35,980 nt of DNA from Atractiella rhizophila. Lineage: Eukaryota. The stretch spans positions 13,120-49,099 of the forward strand of contig MU271531.1 in the NCBI GenBank assembly GCA_021432655.1. The letters run 5' to 3'. The notes beneath the pieces were generated by a model, which was not told where the DNA came from, searched no databases, and saw only the letters and a list, made by a program, of their open reading frames with translations. Shown one piece after another: positions 11,187-21,804 of the stretch. Each line of letters opens with the position of its first letter. The stretch's first letter is position 1. A program made the translations under genes and the position numbers.

Positions 11187-11990
11187 CTATGCTATGTTTG
11201 TTACCTCAAGCTTGTATGCTGCTTTGGTCCTACAATGAAGCGCAAATCCAAAGAAGTATGACTCCTTTCTGAGCTCATTAGCCTGCTGCAAATCCAACGT
11301 TGGGAAATCTTCTGAAATTAACCATACTGCCATTTGTGGAACGAGCAATGGTCGTAGCACCTGGTCATTAGTCCATAATGGTTTTGTTTGTTAAGAATCA
11401 ATGCTGTCAGATTGCCATTCTTGACGTAGAGTGGATTCGATAATTGATGCACCTTGAGGGCCATAGCTATGTAACGATCTACTTAGGGGTATTATTCTAA
11501 TGTTAAGATGAGTAACGTACTATCCAGCTCCGAAAAGATGATCACTATTATACTGCCATTGCTTGTCCCGTAATCGTGTTTGTAGGGATCCTCCAAATGT
11601 GTCCTGCACTTGTTTGAACATGAAAAGATTTCCAAGGTCATCCATGTTCTCCAATTTTTGTTCGACCATCAATTTGCAGCATCTTCCAAGTGCAGCAGGT
11701 AAGAGTATGAACTGAGCAAGTTATTACAACGTACCTCACAAAGTCCGCCCAGTTTACTGATGATGGCCAGCCCTTTTCCTTTCCTTTGGGGATGATAGTC
11801 TGAAGCGCATCATGAGAAAGCAAAATTCATGGCATTTTCCCAATGAGAGATTGACATGTTTTGGATTCAACAGAGTTGGATTCGGTTGCGCATCTTCATC
11901 GACCAATAGTCTTTGTAGTTTTTCCCTTAATGATTTAGGAAGCACTGAAGGCAAATATGCATCACAGAAGGGGCACAATGCTTTTCTAAG
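11187..11990 (-). pseudogene. RTC4-like domain exons, possibly the C-terminus of the alpha-kinase gene; in-frame TAA at 11391-11393
   Basis: Spliced translation: LCPFCDAYLP, GWPSSVNW, FGAGY|YGPQGASII, VLRPLLVPQMAVWLISED..ESYFFG, matching the RTC4-like pattern GYYGP.G and LVP.A..LI.ED. Confidence 0.65.
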
Positions 11991-12039
11991 AATGTTTTGA
12001 ATAAGCTAATAAATTGTATCTTAACTGAATCATGCTACC

Positions 12040-14653
12040 AGTGACTCATCCTTCTTTTGCAGTTGCAAGGGCAACTGTATCCTTTCATCCTCCTTCTGCT
12101 CGTCTTCGTGATTTCCTTCATCCTGGATGCCTGAACCAGAACCGGAAGCCTTTGGAGAAGAAAGTGAATGTTCAGGTTTGGATATAGCTTTTAATCCCAA
12201 GAGCATGCAGGTTTGCTGGCATTGATGTAAATGTTCAAAGCTTAAGATAGCTTCTGGTGAATATTGTAAGCCCCTATGCCTATCTGAATATGTTAGAATG
12301 ATTATACGGAAAGAAAATTCTACCCATTGAGGTTATCATCACAAATCACTAACACATCTGTAATGTGTGGCCAGACCCCTGTATCAATTGTATTAGATGT
12401 CAATAGCGATTAAGATCAAGTTGGCATTACCCTGCAAGTCACAAATTAACATTGACCCCTTTGTAATCTCATATACGGCGTGTTGTAAACCTAGTAAGAC
12501 GTCTATCCTTTTAAAATCTTCGGTCACCTTTTCCGATGGCTCAATCACAATCTCGATGTTTGAACTGGCATCAATCCACTTTGTCCACTTCTCTCCCATC
12601 TTGATAGCACTCTCTAGGTTTGGTTCAAGAAGCATATATTGAATTGCCAAGCCTTCCTTTTTTCCTTTCCCTCTAGCTGCCAGTGGGACCAGTCGTAAGC
12701 AGCGGCAATAGGTGTGACAAGTTGTGGGAGGAGCTGTGGAAAGTTATGCTGCCGGTCTGCTTGTACTCGTAATTTACGAGAAAGTGACTGGTTGATGATT
12801 TGTTCGAACAGACTATGGGTCCAACAAAAAGCTTGAATATCGTGGAAGCAATAACCTCATTGCTTTCGGCGACTGTCAACATACTTCCATGAAACCGTTA
12901 TCCCTTTCCCCTTTTTCCCCACTCCAACAAGCTTAATCCATTTCTTAATTACTACCTCTTTCTGATCCAAACATCCATCTTCCTGCAACCAACCTGTCAA
13001 AGCCACCCGACTAGCTCCTCGCCCTACTCCACGCTGCGAGATAACCAATCGTGCTGTTGTAAAGGAAAACATAGATAGAAAGGGTGAAGTTGAGTCTTGG
13101 CGCAATAGTTCTTCTAACGTTGATGGTTGGATCGGAATAATTCTGATCATGACGCCCCCATGAGATAAACAAGGTGGCAGGAGATCATCAGCAGCCAAAG
13201 CTGATCCCTGTTTACGCTCTTCAAATTGGAGTAAGGTCGGAGAAAGCAGAGGTAGTGCATCGGAATCGGAATGATCAACTAGCTGAGGGGGGGGAGACGT
13301 TGATTTAGGTAGAGAGCTTGATGGAGTAGAATGATCTGGAAGGGGTTTGAAATTATTCATAACCTTCCTTGGCGGACTCTGAGTGTCTGGAGAGATAGAA
13401 AGCTGTGAGAACCCCCTCTTCCTCCTTCCGTCTCCAATCCCATCTCTAATCTCATCCTCATTATTTCCAACCATGTTCCTATCATTGTCAAATAGATAGT
13501 CTTCATTGCGACTAGTGTCCTCCTTTGCTGCATGCTCGAATAGAAGTAACCAATTGTCGGCAGAGATTAGCATGACCGCACGATATTTGTTCTTAAGAAC
13601 CAACTTCTTCATTTTGGCCTTGGTATTTGTCTTCGCTTCTATGGATGAAGGGAAACTGAATCCAGCTTTCTTCAGAATATATCGAAATGGTGTGGCATTG
13701 TTTGGAGGAAGTGACAAATGAACACCTTGAGCGCTTAAAAGATGAACACATGATTCGTGAAGAGGTAGAATGTGTCCTGCTAGGTGGGAAATCTTCAAAT
13801 TGAGACTTTGAAGGCAAAGTTTGATAAGTTCCTCGTATGTTGTATCTGCTCGAACTGGATCGATTACAGCCCATATATCCATTGGTTCATTGGTAGAGCT
13901 GTTGATGGGTAAATCTGGGTGAGGCTTGCGGCTTGCGGTGTTCTTGACGACAATACCATGGGTTGGGTTCCATGTATCGTAAAAAAGCTGGACAAAGAGA
14001 GACTCTGTAACATCTTTCCACGTTCTAGGGCATCCTGACTGATCAAGCATGGATATCTTTTTAGCGAGTGCAACCTTCTTGCCATCATATTGACTATAAG
14101 CCAAATTGGTAACACTTGACTGATAGAGTACAGATCCTCCTGGAACAGTGGCTTGCTGGATTCCTAATATTACCTCATTATTACAGAATACTTCTATTTG
14201 CTTTCATGTGGAACATACCTGGAATAGAATTTTGTCGGGACTTCTGGGTTTGGCTTGATAGCTGCTTGATGTCGAACTTGGATTCTACAGATCCTGCGGA
14301 GCATGAACACAGACGCTAACAATATTTAAATATCACCCACCTCTTCCTCTTGTATTTGGTAGTACCGTTAAATTGCCAACATCTACAGGTTCCTTGTTTC
14401 TTCTTTTCCACTCATCAAAACAAGCCTGACACCAATGTCGTATCTCCTCTTGTGATCCAGCTCCGCCTTTGACTGCGACCAGATCTGAGAGGCGATATAA
14501 ATCTTTTGGCTTCCAGCAGCTACTTTTCTGACATTGATGATATGTTTGTCCTGGAAGAACGGTAAGTTCACCGACATCTACAGGGTTCATCATTGGCCCA
14601 ATCTTGACTGATGGATTGTCACAAAAATTTGAGGCTAGATAGAGAGACTTCAA
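12040..14653 (-). pseudogene. Alpha-kinase (eEF2K/MHCK-type atypical kinase) with Cys-rich N-terminal region; spliced, at least one frameshift near 12880-12920
   Basis: GVGRGASRVA (G-loop), EVVIKKW (Lys), YMLLEP, LQHAVYEITKGSMLICDLQG (H.Y...G..L.CDLQG signature), FEHLHQCQQTCMLLGL (C-terminal zinc site H.C..C..LGL at 12193-12239). Start uncertain. Confidence 0.85.
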
Positions 14654-14731
14654 ATTGAGGCGGTTGTCTCTGACTACAGCAGTTGTGGCTGAAGCTTTTG
14701 TTGTCTAGTTTTCAATTCCATCCACTTCATT

Positions 14732-15500
14732 ATGCCTCCTACGAGAGACAGAGCATGTCCTGCTCCGCCCGCAGGCTTCGATGATACCTCAAGCTCTACT
14801 TCTCGGCCAAAGCAGAAAAATCAATATAGTGTTAAACGTAAGTGTCTTAACATGTGTAAATGTTATAGTGCTCAACTCTTACATGAATATATGATTGTAG
14901 CGAGTAGTACTATTCTAGTACCTTTGATCAAGAAATATCAGCAGAGAGGCGAAACTGAGGGAAACTCGCTCATGCTTATTAATGCAGAGCTAGCAAAGAT
15001 GAAGGAGAATTCCATCAGGTGAATAGTGATACTCTCAAAGCGAATGTTAGTCCTGATTGGGTTTAAGTCTATCCCATTTACAGCGAGTTAAAAGGAGTGA
15101 GAATCTTCAAGGAGCTCGAGGTTCTGGGCACAAACAGACGAATCTTGGAAACTGTATGCTCTGGAGTTCATGACCAGGTTTCCAAATATCAGGAGCAGGC
15201 TGCTCTTTTCTCATCTACGTCAACAGATGATTCTGATTCCTCAGTATGTTTAACCATGAATAGATATAACCTAATCATTTCGGCGGCCATAGTGACACTG
15301 TGTGAGAGTTGTAAGAGAAAATAAGTTGGAGAGTTCTATGCCCAATAAAGAGTTGGAGCCCGCAAACATTTCTGGGTTGTTGGAAAGAATGATCGCTGGA
15401 CATTCGATCAGCATGACAAGGTCGGTTAAATATCCATAGTCCTTAGGGTTAATTGAGGCTGACTCATACCTTTATGTATGGAGCTGAAACGATTTGGTAT
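14732..15500 (+). CDS. Small multi-exon hypothetical gene divergent from the alpha-kinase; 3' end uncertain
   Basis: ATG at 14732, GT-AG intron-like segments (about 14838-14900, 15019-15083), charged helical coding-like segments. No family recognised. Confidence 0.4.
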
Positions 15501-15653
15501 CCGTTTTCATGTTGGAATTGAGCCATATTCTGGTAAGACAAGTGTGTCAACGGCCTTCGTCCCTCAGGCCCCTCACCCACTTGCAAGGGGCATGGCCCCT
15601 TGAACCCTACTGTGACTGTTGTCAGGGTTCGAGCCCAGTACAAAACACAATTT

Positions 15654-17630
15654 TCAACCTTTCAGAATAAAATTTCCTTGCAGGTTCAGAAAGGGGCTTG
15701 GTAGCTGTTTTCTGGTGTATTTTTTTTGTTTAGAAGGATCAGGTGTAGCACCTTGACAGATCTGATGGGTCAGTGTGGCGAGTCTGGAGATGGTGTCTAA
15801 GTTTTTATCATTGAGCTCAAGATGAGCTAACACGTTATAGTCGTCAGATAAGGGTTCTGCCTTCCTTCCAAGAACCTGAGATTTGGCCTCGCTTGTTGTG
15901 AACAATAAAGGACATGGATGAAAACAAACTTCTTGAACAGCGGCCGTCCAAAAGATATCCTCTTTCTTATGGGCCAGTTTCCAGAAAGCTGTGATCAAAC
16001 GCCATCTTGGAAGCTCTCTGCTTAACCAGTCCTCAAAATCACTAGCCTTTTTTACAGGTTGACCAGTATCGGTACGATCATGATTTCGTAGGATGGGATA
16101 GACAAACCCTTGTAATAAGGTGTGGATTAAAAGAGTGATAAAGGTTTGGCGGAAACGACCGTCTTCTATTGCTTTGGACCCTGAGGTAGGTTTCCAATTG
16201 GTTGGAGACAAACAATCCCTACAGTCTTTGAATGGCGAACTGAAGCAGGAAAGATTGAGAAAAGATCCAAAGTCGAGGGGGGTAGATCTCTTGGCTGCTG
16301 AGTCTGATGGCACTTGTCAAGGTGACCAAGCATTTGACGCCCATAGTCTAAATTACTGAGAAAGTGCGGGATCTAACACCTCTGCTGTATCGTTCTCACT
16401 TCCAAGGACAGAAAAGACCCAACCAGCCATGGCAGGAGCTTGAATCGATGTCCAGTGATGTATTCTTCGTCTGAAGGAGAGTTGGACATATTTTGCAAAG
16501 CGAAAGAGGATGTGAGCCATAGATTCAACAGTCTGTGCTACTTCAATCTTTGTAGCCAAATTAAAAAGATGGATAGGGGACTTGAGGTACTGATTGAGTG
16601 GGACTGCTCATCAGAGAGTTCTATTGAGAGCAAGAGATTTGAGATGGCAGGAATATTGTCCAATCTGATCAGTGACCGGTCCATTGACAGGAGGCCTTCC
16701 AAATCTTTCAGCTTTCCGCTCTTGAGTGATTTTCCAGCTGCATAGTATCCTTTGACAACTTCAAGCTCCTTGTGAAGGCAATTAAGACTAAGATTCTTAG
16801 TAAAGAAATCCATATTCACGGGATTCTTGATGCGGATAGGGACATTGGTTCGTGGTCGAGAGAGAGATGCAGCTTTTCTGTTTGCCTTTGTTGATGTTTT
16901 TACTCTTTTTCATCCCTGATATAGCTATGTTGATATAAGCAAAATTTCCATACCTTTTTAAGCTAGCGAAAGATGTTTGCTTACATCTTGATCTAAATCA
17001 GCCGAGTCTTCAGCTGCTTCTCCCAAGGTGTTTGTCTTCCACTATGACCGGATTAGTTGATACTCTGAAGAAATTACAAAATATGGTACCTTGTTACGCT
17101 GACCTGTAAAGTGATTATGAACATGCTGGAGAATATATTTAGGCTGAGAGATACAAATAAAAGTGGCAGAGGCCTACTGAAGAACCTTTTACAGACATCT
17201 GGCCCTGAAAGAGCACCTCACGACAATGAGAATCAGCCATTAGGATTCACTGGAAATCTGGGGGTAGTTGATGTTGAATTCAGGAGAGATAGGTACGAGC
17301 AGCTTATTGTTCAACATCCGTTTGCCTAATATATGGTCAACAATATGTAAATCCAGGTGTTAAGGCTTACAATTCCTCAATACCAACCCATAAACCTGTT
17401 TTAGCCCACGTTTTAGCTGAAACTGCATACCATAAATAGGTTATAACTTCAGATATAAGAATCTGTCTTACCAATGACTGCCTCTCATAAAACCTCCAAT
17501 CACTGAACTCCAAGCCATTCGCCTCATCCACATCCAATTCTTCATGACCAATCCCTTCGTTACAGTGTAACAGTGAGATAACCTTTGGGGAAAGCTTTCC
17601 AATTTGGCTAGGCCGAATGTTGAGTGAAAT
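15654..17630 (-). pseudogene. Disrupted coding region collinear with the TET/JBP gene (C-terminal extension or separate unknown gene)
   Basis: Same-strand ORF pieces 16538-16819, 16353-16559 and 15654-16313 linked by frameshifts or stops, with intron-like segments in 16900-17600. No family recognised. Confidence 0.5.
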
Positions 17631-19545
17631 TTATCTTCCACCACAAACAGTTTCTGAGCACTTCAGCACTTCTTCACGTCCCACAATATCTTGTGGGTCT
17701 AACTTAAGTCTTCCAATACTCTGTCGCTCGCCATTCTCTCTAGGAAGAAAAGTAATAGCATCTGTAATTTTGTTGAAATCAAACTGGATTTGATAGATCG
17801 GATTGAAGTAATGTGTGGACTTGTGTAACTGAAGTAGACGTTCATGAAGGATGGAGGTAATATGGTGTGAGGGATCACTCATGACAAGAAGACCATGTTG
17901 TGTCCAGTTCTTGTCTTTTCTTTCATCTGGAGCGGCCTCCCATGTGTGAACACGGTTTGGAATAAAACTTGATGTTGGAAAACGCTGGTGGATAGTTGTA
18001 GTTCCTTCACTAGCCTCATCCTCTTCATCTGAGTCTATGTTGGGCATTCTGAACTTTGTCTTGTGCTTTGAAGGTAAGGACTTTGTAGTGAGCTCTGTGT
18101 TGATATCTGCGGGCTGGAGAGAGAGAGGTATCTGACAGTGGATTGCCAATTCAGTTGCGTAGTTGATGTAACCAATACGAACGGCATCAGCAGGGAGTTG
18201 CTCAAAGGTTCTTTGATCCATGTCGCTTGTCGAGTCCACCTCCATCTCACCATTTGCCAAGCTCTCTTGCAAGTCCCTCAAGCTACATAACCTGCTCCCT
18301 CCATGCGGTTTCTTCCACTCAGGACCATAATGACGAAATCATCTCCAATTTCACAATATTCGCCTGAATGGACGAGACCGAATCTTGCTCCATGAATGCC
18401 TAACCAATCCAATAATTCATCAGCTCAAAGCCTTGCTTGAGCAGAAGGACATAAATTTGAAGACAAAAGGACCTACCACAGCTATGATTCAAAAAGAACA
18501 ATGCTACCGTTCTTCCCAAGATTGCGTCCTTCATATCCACATGTAGTTGGCCGTACTTTGCTAACCAGGTGCTCAAATCCTTATCTTCATGGAGAGTTGA
18601 TTTTGACCGAAGACCGTGTTGGAAAGAAGAGGTTGCTTTTGACCATAGGGATATCTCAGCAACATTGGGTTGAAGCGTGGTGAAAGTATAGTTCTTGCTA
18701 CTGCCGTATGTAAAGGGTGGACAAGTTTCGCACGCGCTTTGAGGCATTCAATATATGAGGGTCTCTCCGCCATTTCTAACACCTATCCATTGTCTCTCGT
18801 AAATGATTGGCTCATAGCGGTTTGATGATAAATAAATACATTTACCTGTATTGCAATTTCGGCATTCAACCTGTGAATCTCCTTCATGCGTTCCTCAAAC
18901 CCTTCCATCACCGCTCCTTCCTTGCCAGCTACACTAGCAGGAGGCTGCGCACGCGGCGCAATCAATCCATATGAGTGATTTACTTGTCTGCCTCCCATCG
19001 TATGCGCCCCACTAACTTTAGCTTGATGACCTAGACCTCCCTTCCAAATAGGTATCGCACCACCCAGCCTGTCTTCCAAAGCAGAATCTACGACAGGAAT
19101 ACCATCTGGTCCAAACTTTTGCCCAAAAGTAAAGGGTTTTAACTTCTCCGCCATCTTAATGACAGAAGCTCCTCTCTCTCCCATAGATTCCATTGAGCAG
19201 CGGCTGTGAGCATAAGAGATCAAGGATACTTCAGAGCAGTTGTCCTTGTTTTCTGAAAAAGTAAGAATCCCAAAGTCAATAGCTTGCATGTTGGGGATGA
19301 CTGTGCAGCGTGCACTGTAGAACTTAGGCCGGATGGCCAGCAGCAGCCAAAAGCTGAGCTTTGAGGAGCGTTTTCCCCTCTTCACTCAGATCATGGGAGA
19401 TGATCCGTACTTGATGATACGCCAGCTTGTCGGCTTTGGCGAAGATTTTGAAGGCCGGGTGCTTCTGGGCTTGAACGATGGATCCTGTTTGGAGCTGAGG
19501 GTACCAGGGTTTCTGACATAGTTCTGACGGAACTGGCCGCTAAAT
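17631..19545 (-). pseudogene. TET/JBP-family 2-oxoglutarate/Fe(II) dioxygenase, fungal transposon-associated type; about 3 frameshifts
   Basis: With introns 18783-18845 and 18400-18476 removed: LKARAKLVHP/FTYGSSKNYTFTTLQPNVA, KYGQLHVDMKD (HxD at 18543-18535), GARFGLV, VLSGR/PHGGS (distal His 18305-18303), AVRIGYINYA (2OG-binding Arg 18179-18177). Frameshifts at about 19328, 18715 and 18310. Start uncertain. Confidence 0.75.
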
Positions 19546-19604
19546 GAAGGGCGGGCTTTATGACTTTGGTTGGTTCCTTGTTCCTTTGTTAGAGGTGCAA
19601 CAAG

Positions 19605-19648
19605 TCGTAGGGGTCTTTGCTCCGTCATGTGACTTACAACCCTCCGAA
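19605..19648 (-). repeat. Right subterminal inverted repeat of the large element
   Basis: 38/44 inverted match to 11064-11107. Confidence 0.9.
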
Positions 19649-19847
19649 GGGTCCTACGAATAAAGTTCCAACTTTGAGCCTTCTGATTGCAATGATTGGC
19701 TGGAAGGTTGGGCACCCGGCTTTGTGCGGATGTAAACGGTGGACGGCGTTAGGAGGATCAAACCATTGCACACCAAGTGCACCAAATTAGTGCAGCATAC
19801 GGAATTGAGACCCGAAGTTTGTGTCAGCCACAGTACCTTTCACAAAA

Positions 19848-19888
19848 AAACTAGCTCAAAGTTGAGCTGAAGGCTCTCGCCAACCGTA
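19848..19888 (-). repeat. Right terminal inverted repeat of the large element (begins TACGG on minus strand)
   Basis: Inverted match to 8556-8595, followed on + by the TSD TTTTCG. Confidence 0.85.
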
Positions 19889-20975
19889 TTTTCGGGATGG
19901 AGTTGGAAACATTCAGCTTTCTTGTGTCCTTTCTTTTTGCAGTGATCACAAGTCCTACTGAATCTGGAACTAGCCTCCACGAAACCACAACGACTGGGAT
20001 GAACATTGTTGATACTCCCACCAGTCCCATCAGATCGTTGCATAAGAAACGCTCTGTCTCCATCTTGAGCAAGAGATTCCCTTCCCACGATCCCGCTAAT
20101 TTCTTCAACGATGGTGTCAGGGGAGATGTGCTCGATTTTGATAGGGGTTCCGGGATGTAAAAGTTCGTGTCGTTCCTGCAGAACCTTGAATGATGTCTCC
20201 CATTTGATGCTGAGAGACTCAGGAATCATCGAAAGTAGATGTAAGGAGATAATCTTGTCAGGTCCTGTAATCTTGCCGGCATATCGTTCGATCTCTACCC
20301 ACGATTGTCGAACAGAGTTGGCCCAATCCACATACGAGGACGAGGAGATGGGTTGGGAGATAGTGGAAAGGAAAGCTCGCCATGCTGTTTTAGCTTGAAG
20401 GGTACCTTCAGCCGTGCATTTGGACTGAAGAAGCTTCCAGATCATATGTGCGGTATTCTCCTCGTCACTCCATTTCAACTCTTTCGCCTTAATAACTTCT
20501 TTCAAAGCATTGTCAATCAAAGCCTTTAAGAATGCACTGGCAGCCCAATCCCCTTTCAGCCAGGCAGAATTCTCCTTGCTGAAAAGAATAGCCTGAGACG
20601 GTCCAGCCGCCTTGTAAAGCTCCCTAACTGGTCGCACCATTAGGACTTCCCCTTTGGCGTTCTCCACAATATATCCCCAAAGCATCATCGTCTTCAAGCA
20701 TTCTTTCGCCTTTTCTGACCATGACTACCAATTCGCTCGAGTGAGTTTCTCCAAAATCTTGATATTGTCTGGAGGCATGATGGGCACTTCGTCGTCGATT
20801 TCGATGGGAAGATAGAAGAGTTGTCGCATGTGAAGAAAGGAGGTGGTGAGCTGAGCAGATCGGCCGTAGATAGCGTGGGAATGCTTGGTTCTTCGATGTT
20901 GAGACCTTGGAGGGACTCCAAACATCTGGAAGAGATGGAGGAGGTTGACGGTGATCTTGGTTGCTCCTGATTCAC
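19889..20975 (-). pseudogene. Ty1/copia gag (UBN2-type) with CCHC zinc knuckle; premature TAG at 20725-20727
   Basis: KLTRANW*SWSEKAKECLKTMMLWGYI...W..GD..A...TAHMIWKLL is the copia gag pattern; CDHCKKKGHKKAEC is the knuckle; lies downstream of a copia-type PBS. Confidence 0.88.
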
Positions 20976-21120
20976 ATCCTACGCGACATACATCGAATAG
21001 ATGAGATGTACGAGATTTATAGTCGCTCTGGACTCCAGAAGATACGTCGTCCGATCAGGAAATAACAATGAAAAAGATCGATTTGCCACCTGAAAGAGAG
21101 ATGCCTCAGATTCGAAGGTT

Positions 21121-21133
21121 TGGGCTCATAACC
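21121..21133 (-). promoter_or_regulatory. Copia-type primer binding site (internal tRNAiMet fragment type)
   Basis: Minus strand GGTTATGAGCCCA between the LTR and gag, like the GGTTATG(G/A)GCCC PBS of copia/Ty5-type elements. Confidence 0.8.
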
Positions 21134-21804
21134 TCATAGAATCTGGATTCTCCAATCGTTCACGATGGTGGAAGACGATCAGCAATGCAAAATACTATGG
21201 AGGAGGAGACAAACCTGGATTTCCCAATCGTTCACGATGGTGGAAGACGATGGGGAATCTAGTGAACGAAGAGGAGGTATATATGAGCGGACGGCATTGG
21301 CTAAGTGTGGGAAGATATGAGATGTGAGACTCTCAGGTTTGCATCTTACGCAAATCGGCGCCCATTCGTTGGATTGCATCTCCTATCGCCCATTTGTGTT
21401 CCCCCCGAATGGGCGCCTGTTCGCCCGTTTGCATTCTATACAAATCTGCGAACTGCCGCCATTCTGCGTCTTCCATCGCCACTTAGCTCATTTGTGCCTA
21501 TTCTCCTCTTCTCTTATTAATTCCACGTAATCCCACTGTCACTTCCCCCTTTTAGTTCTCTTACATGTTTCATCTACTCTCCTCTACACTCTGTGGCAGT
21601 GGTATTCCGCTTGTATATATAGATCGGAGAGTAGTGGAGGTGACCTTAGAGTATTTCTCTTAGGTTTATCTCCACTACAGGTTAGTCTTCATGTCATATC
21701 ATGCACTTAGGTTTATCTCCACTACAGAGGCATTGCCCATCGGCGACCGCACATAGTGTCAGCCCTAACAGAGACATAACTAGAACGAAGTGAAGAGACC
21801 AACA
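21134..21804 (-). mobile_element. 5' LTR of the copia element (about 226 bp after removing the inserted solo LTR)
   Basis: Minus strand starts TGTTGG at 21804, has TATATA, an internal direct repeat ccaatcgttcacgatggtggaagacgat (about 21153 and 21224) and abuts the PBS. 3' end reads GA rather than CA; no second LTR to confirm boundaries. Confidence 0.6.
21331..21770 (+). mobile_element. Gypsy solo LTR (440 bp) with 5-bp TSD GAGAC
   Basis: TCTCAGGTTTGCATC...GCCCTAACA, homologous to 5203-5554 in opposite orientation; GAGAC at 21326-21330 and 21771-21775. Confidence 0.92.

Larger units (their letters stand above)
8556..19888. mobile_element. 11,333-bp cargo-carrying DNA transposon (9,168 bp without the nested insert), IS3EU-like ends, apparently non-autonomous
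   Basis: TSD TTTTCG at 8550-8555 and 19889-19894. Ends 5'-TATACTGGCG and CGCCAACCGTA-3'. Inverted repeats 8561-8595 and 19848-19882 match at 29/35. Removing it restores the copia gag frame (cat ccc gaa aaa ctc gaa = HPEKLE). Confidence 0.85.

Noticed and set aside
10837..19600. A KDZ, Plavaka or IS3-like transposase inside the large element
   Set aside because: I found no KDZ motifs (DGNF, CxRH, YDIxC, DGExxER) or integrase DDE motifs by eye; a very decayed remnant cannot be excluded without profile searches.
5203..21770. LTRs at 5203-5554 and 21331-21770 as the two ends of one 16.5-kb element
   Set aside because: They are in opposite orientation, differ in length, and the right copy has its own GAGAC TSD, so it is a solo LTR.
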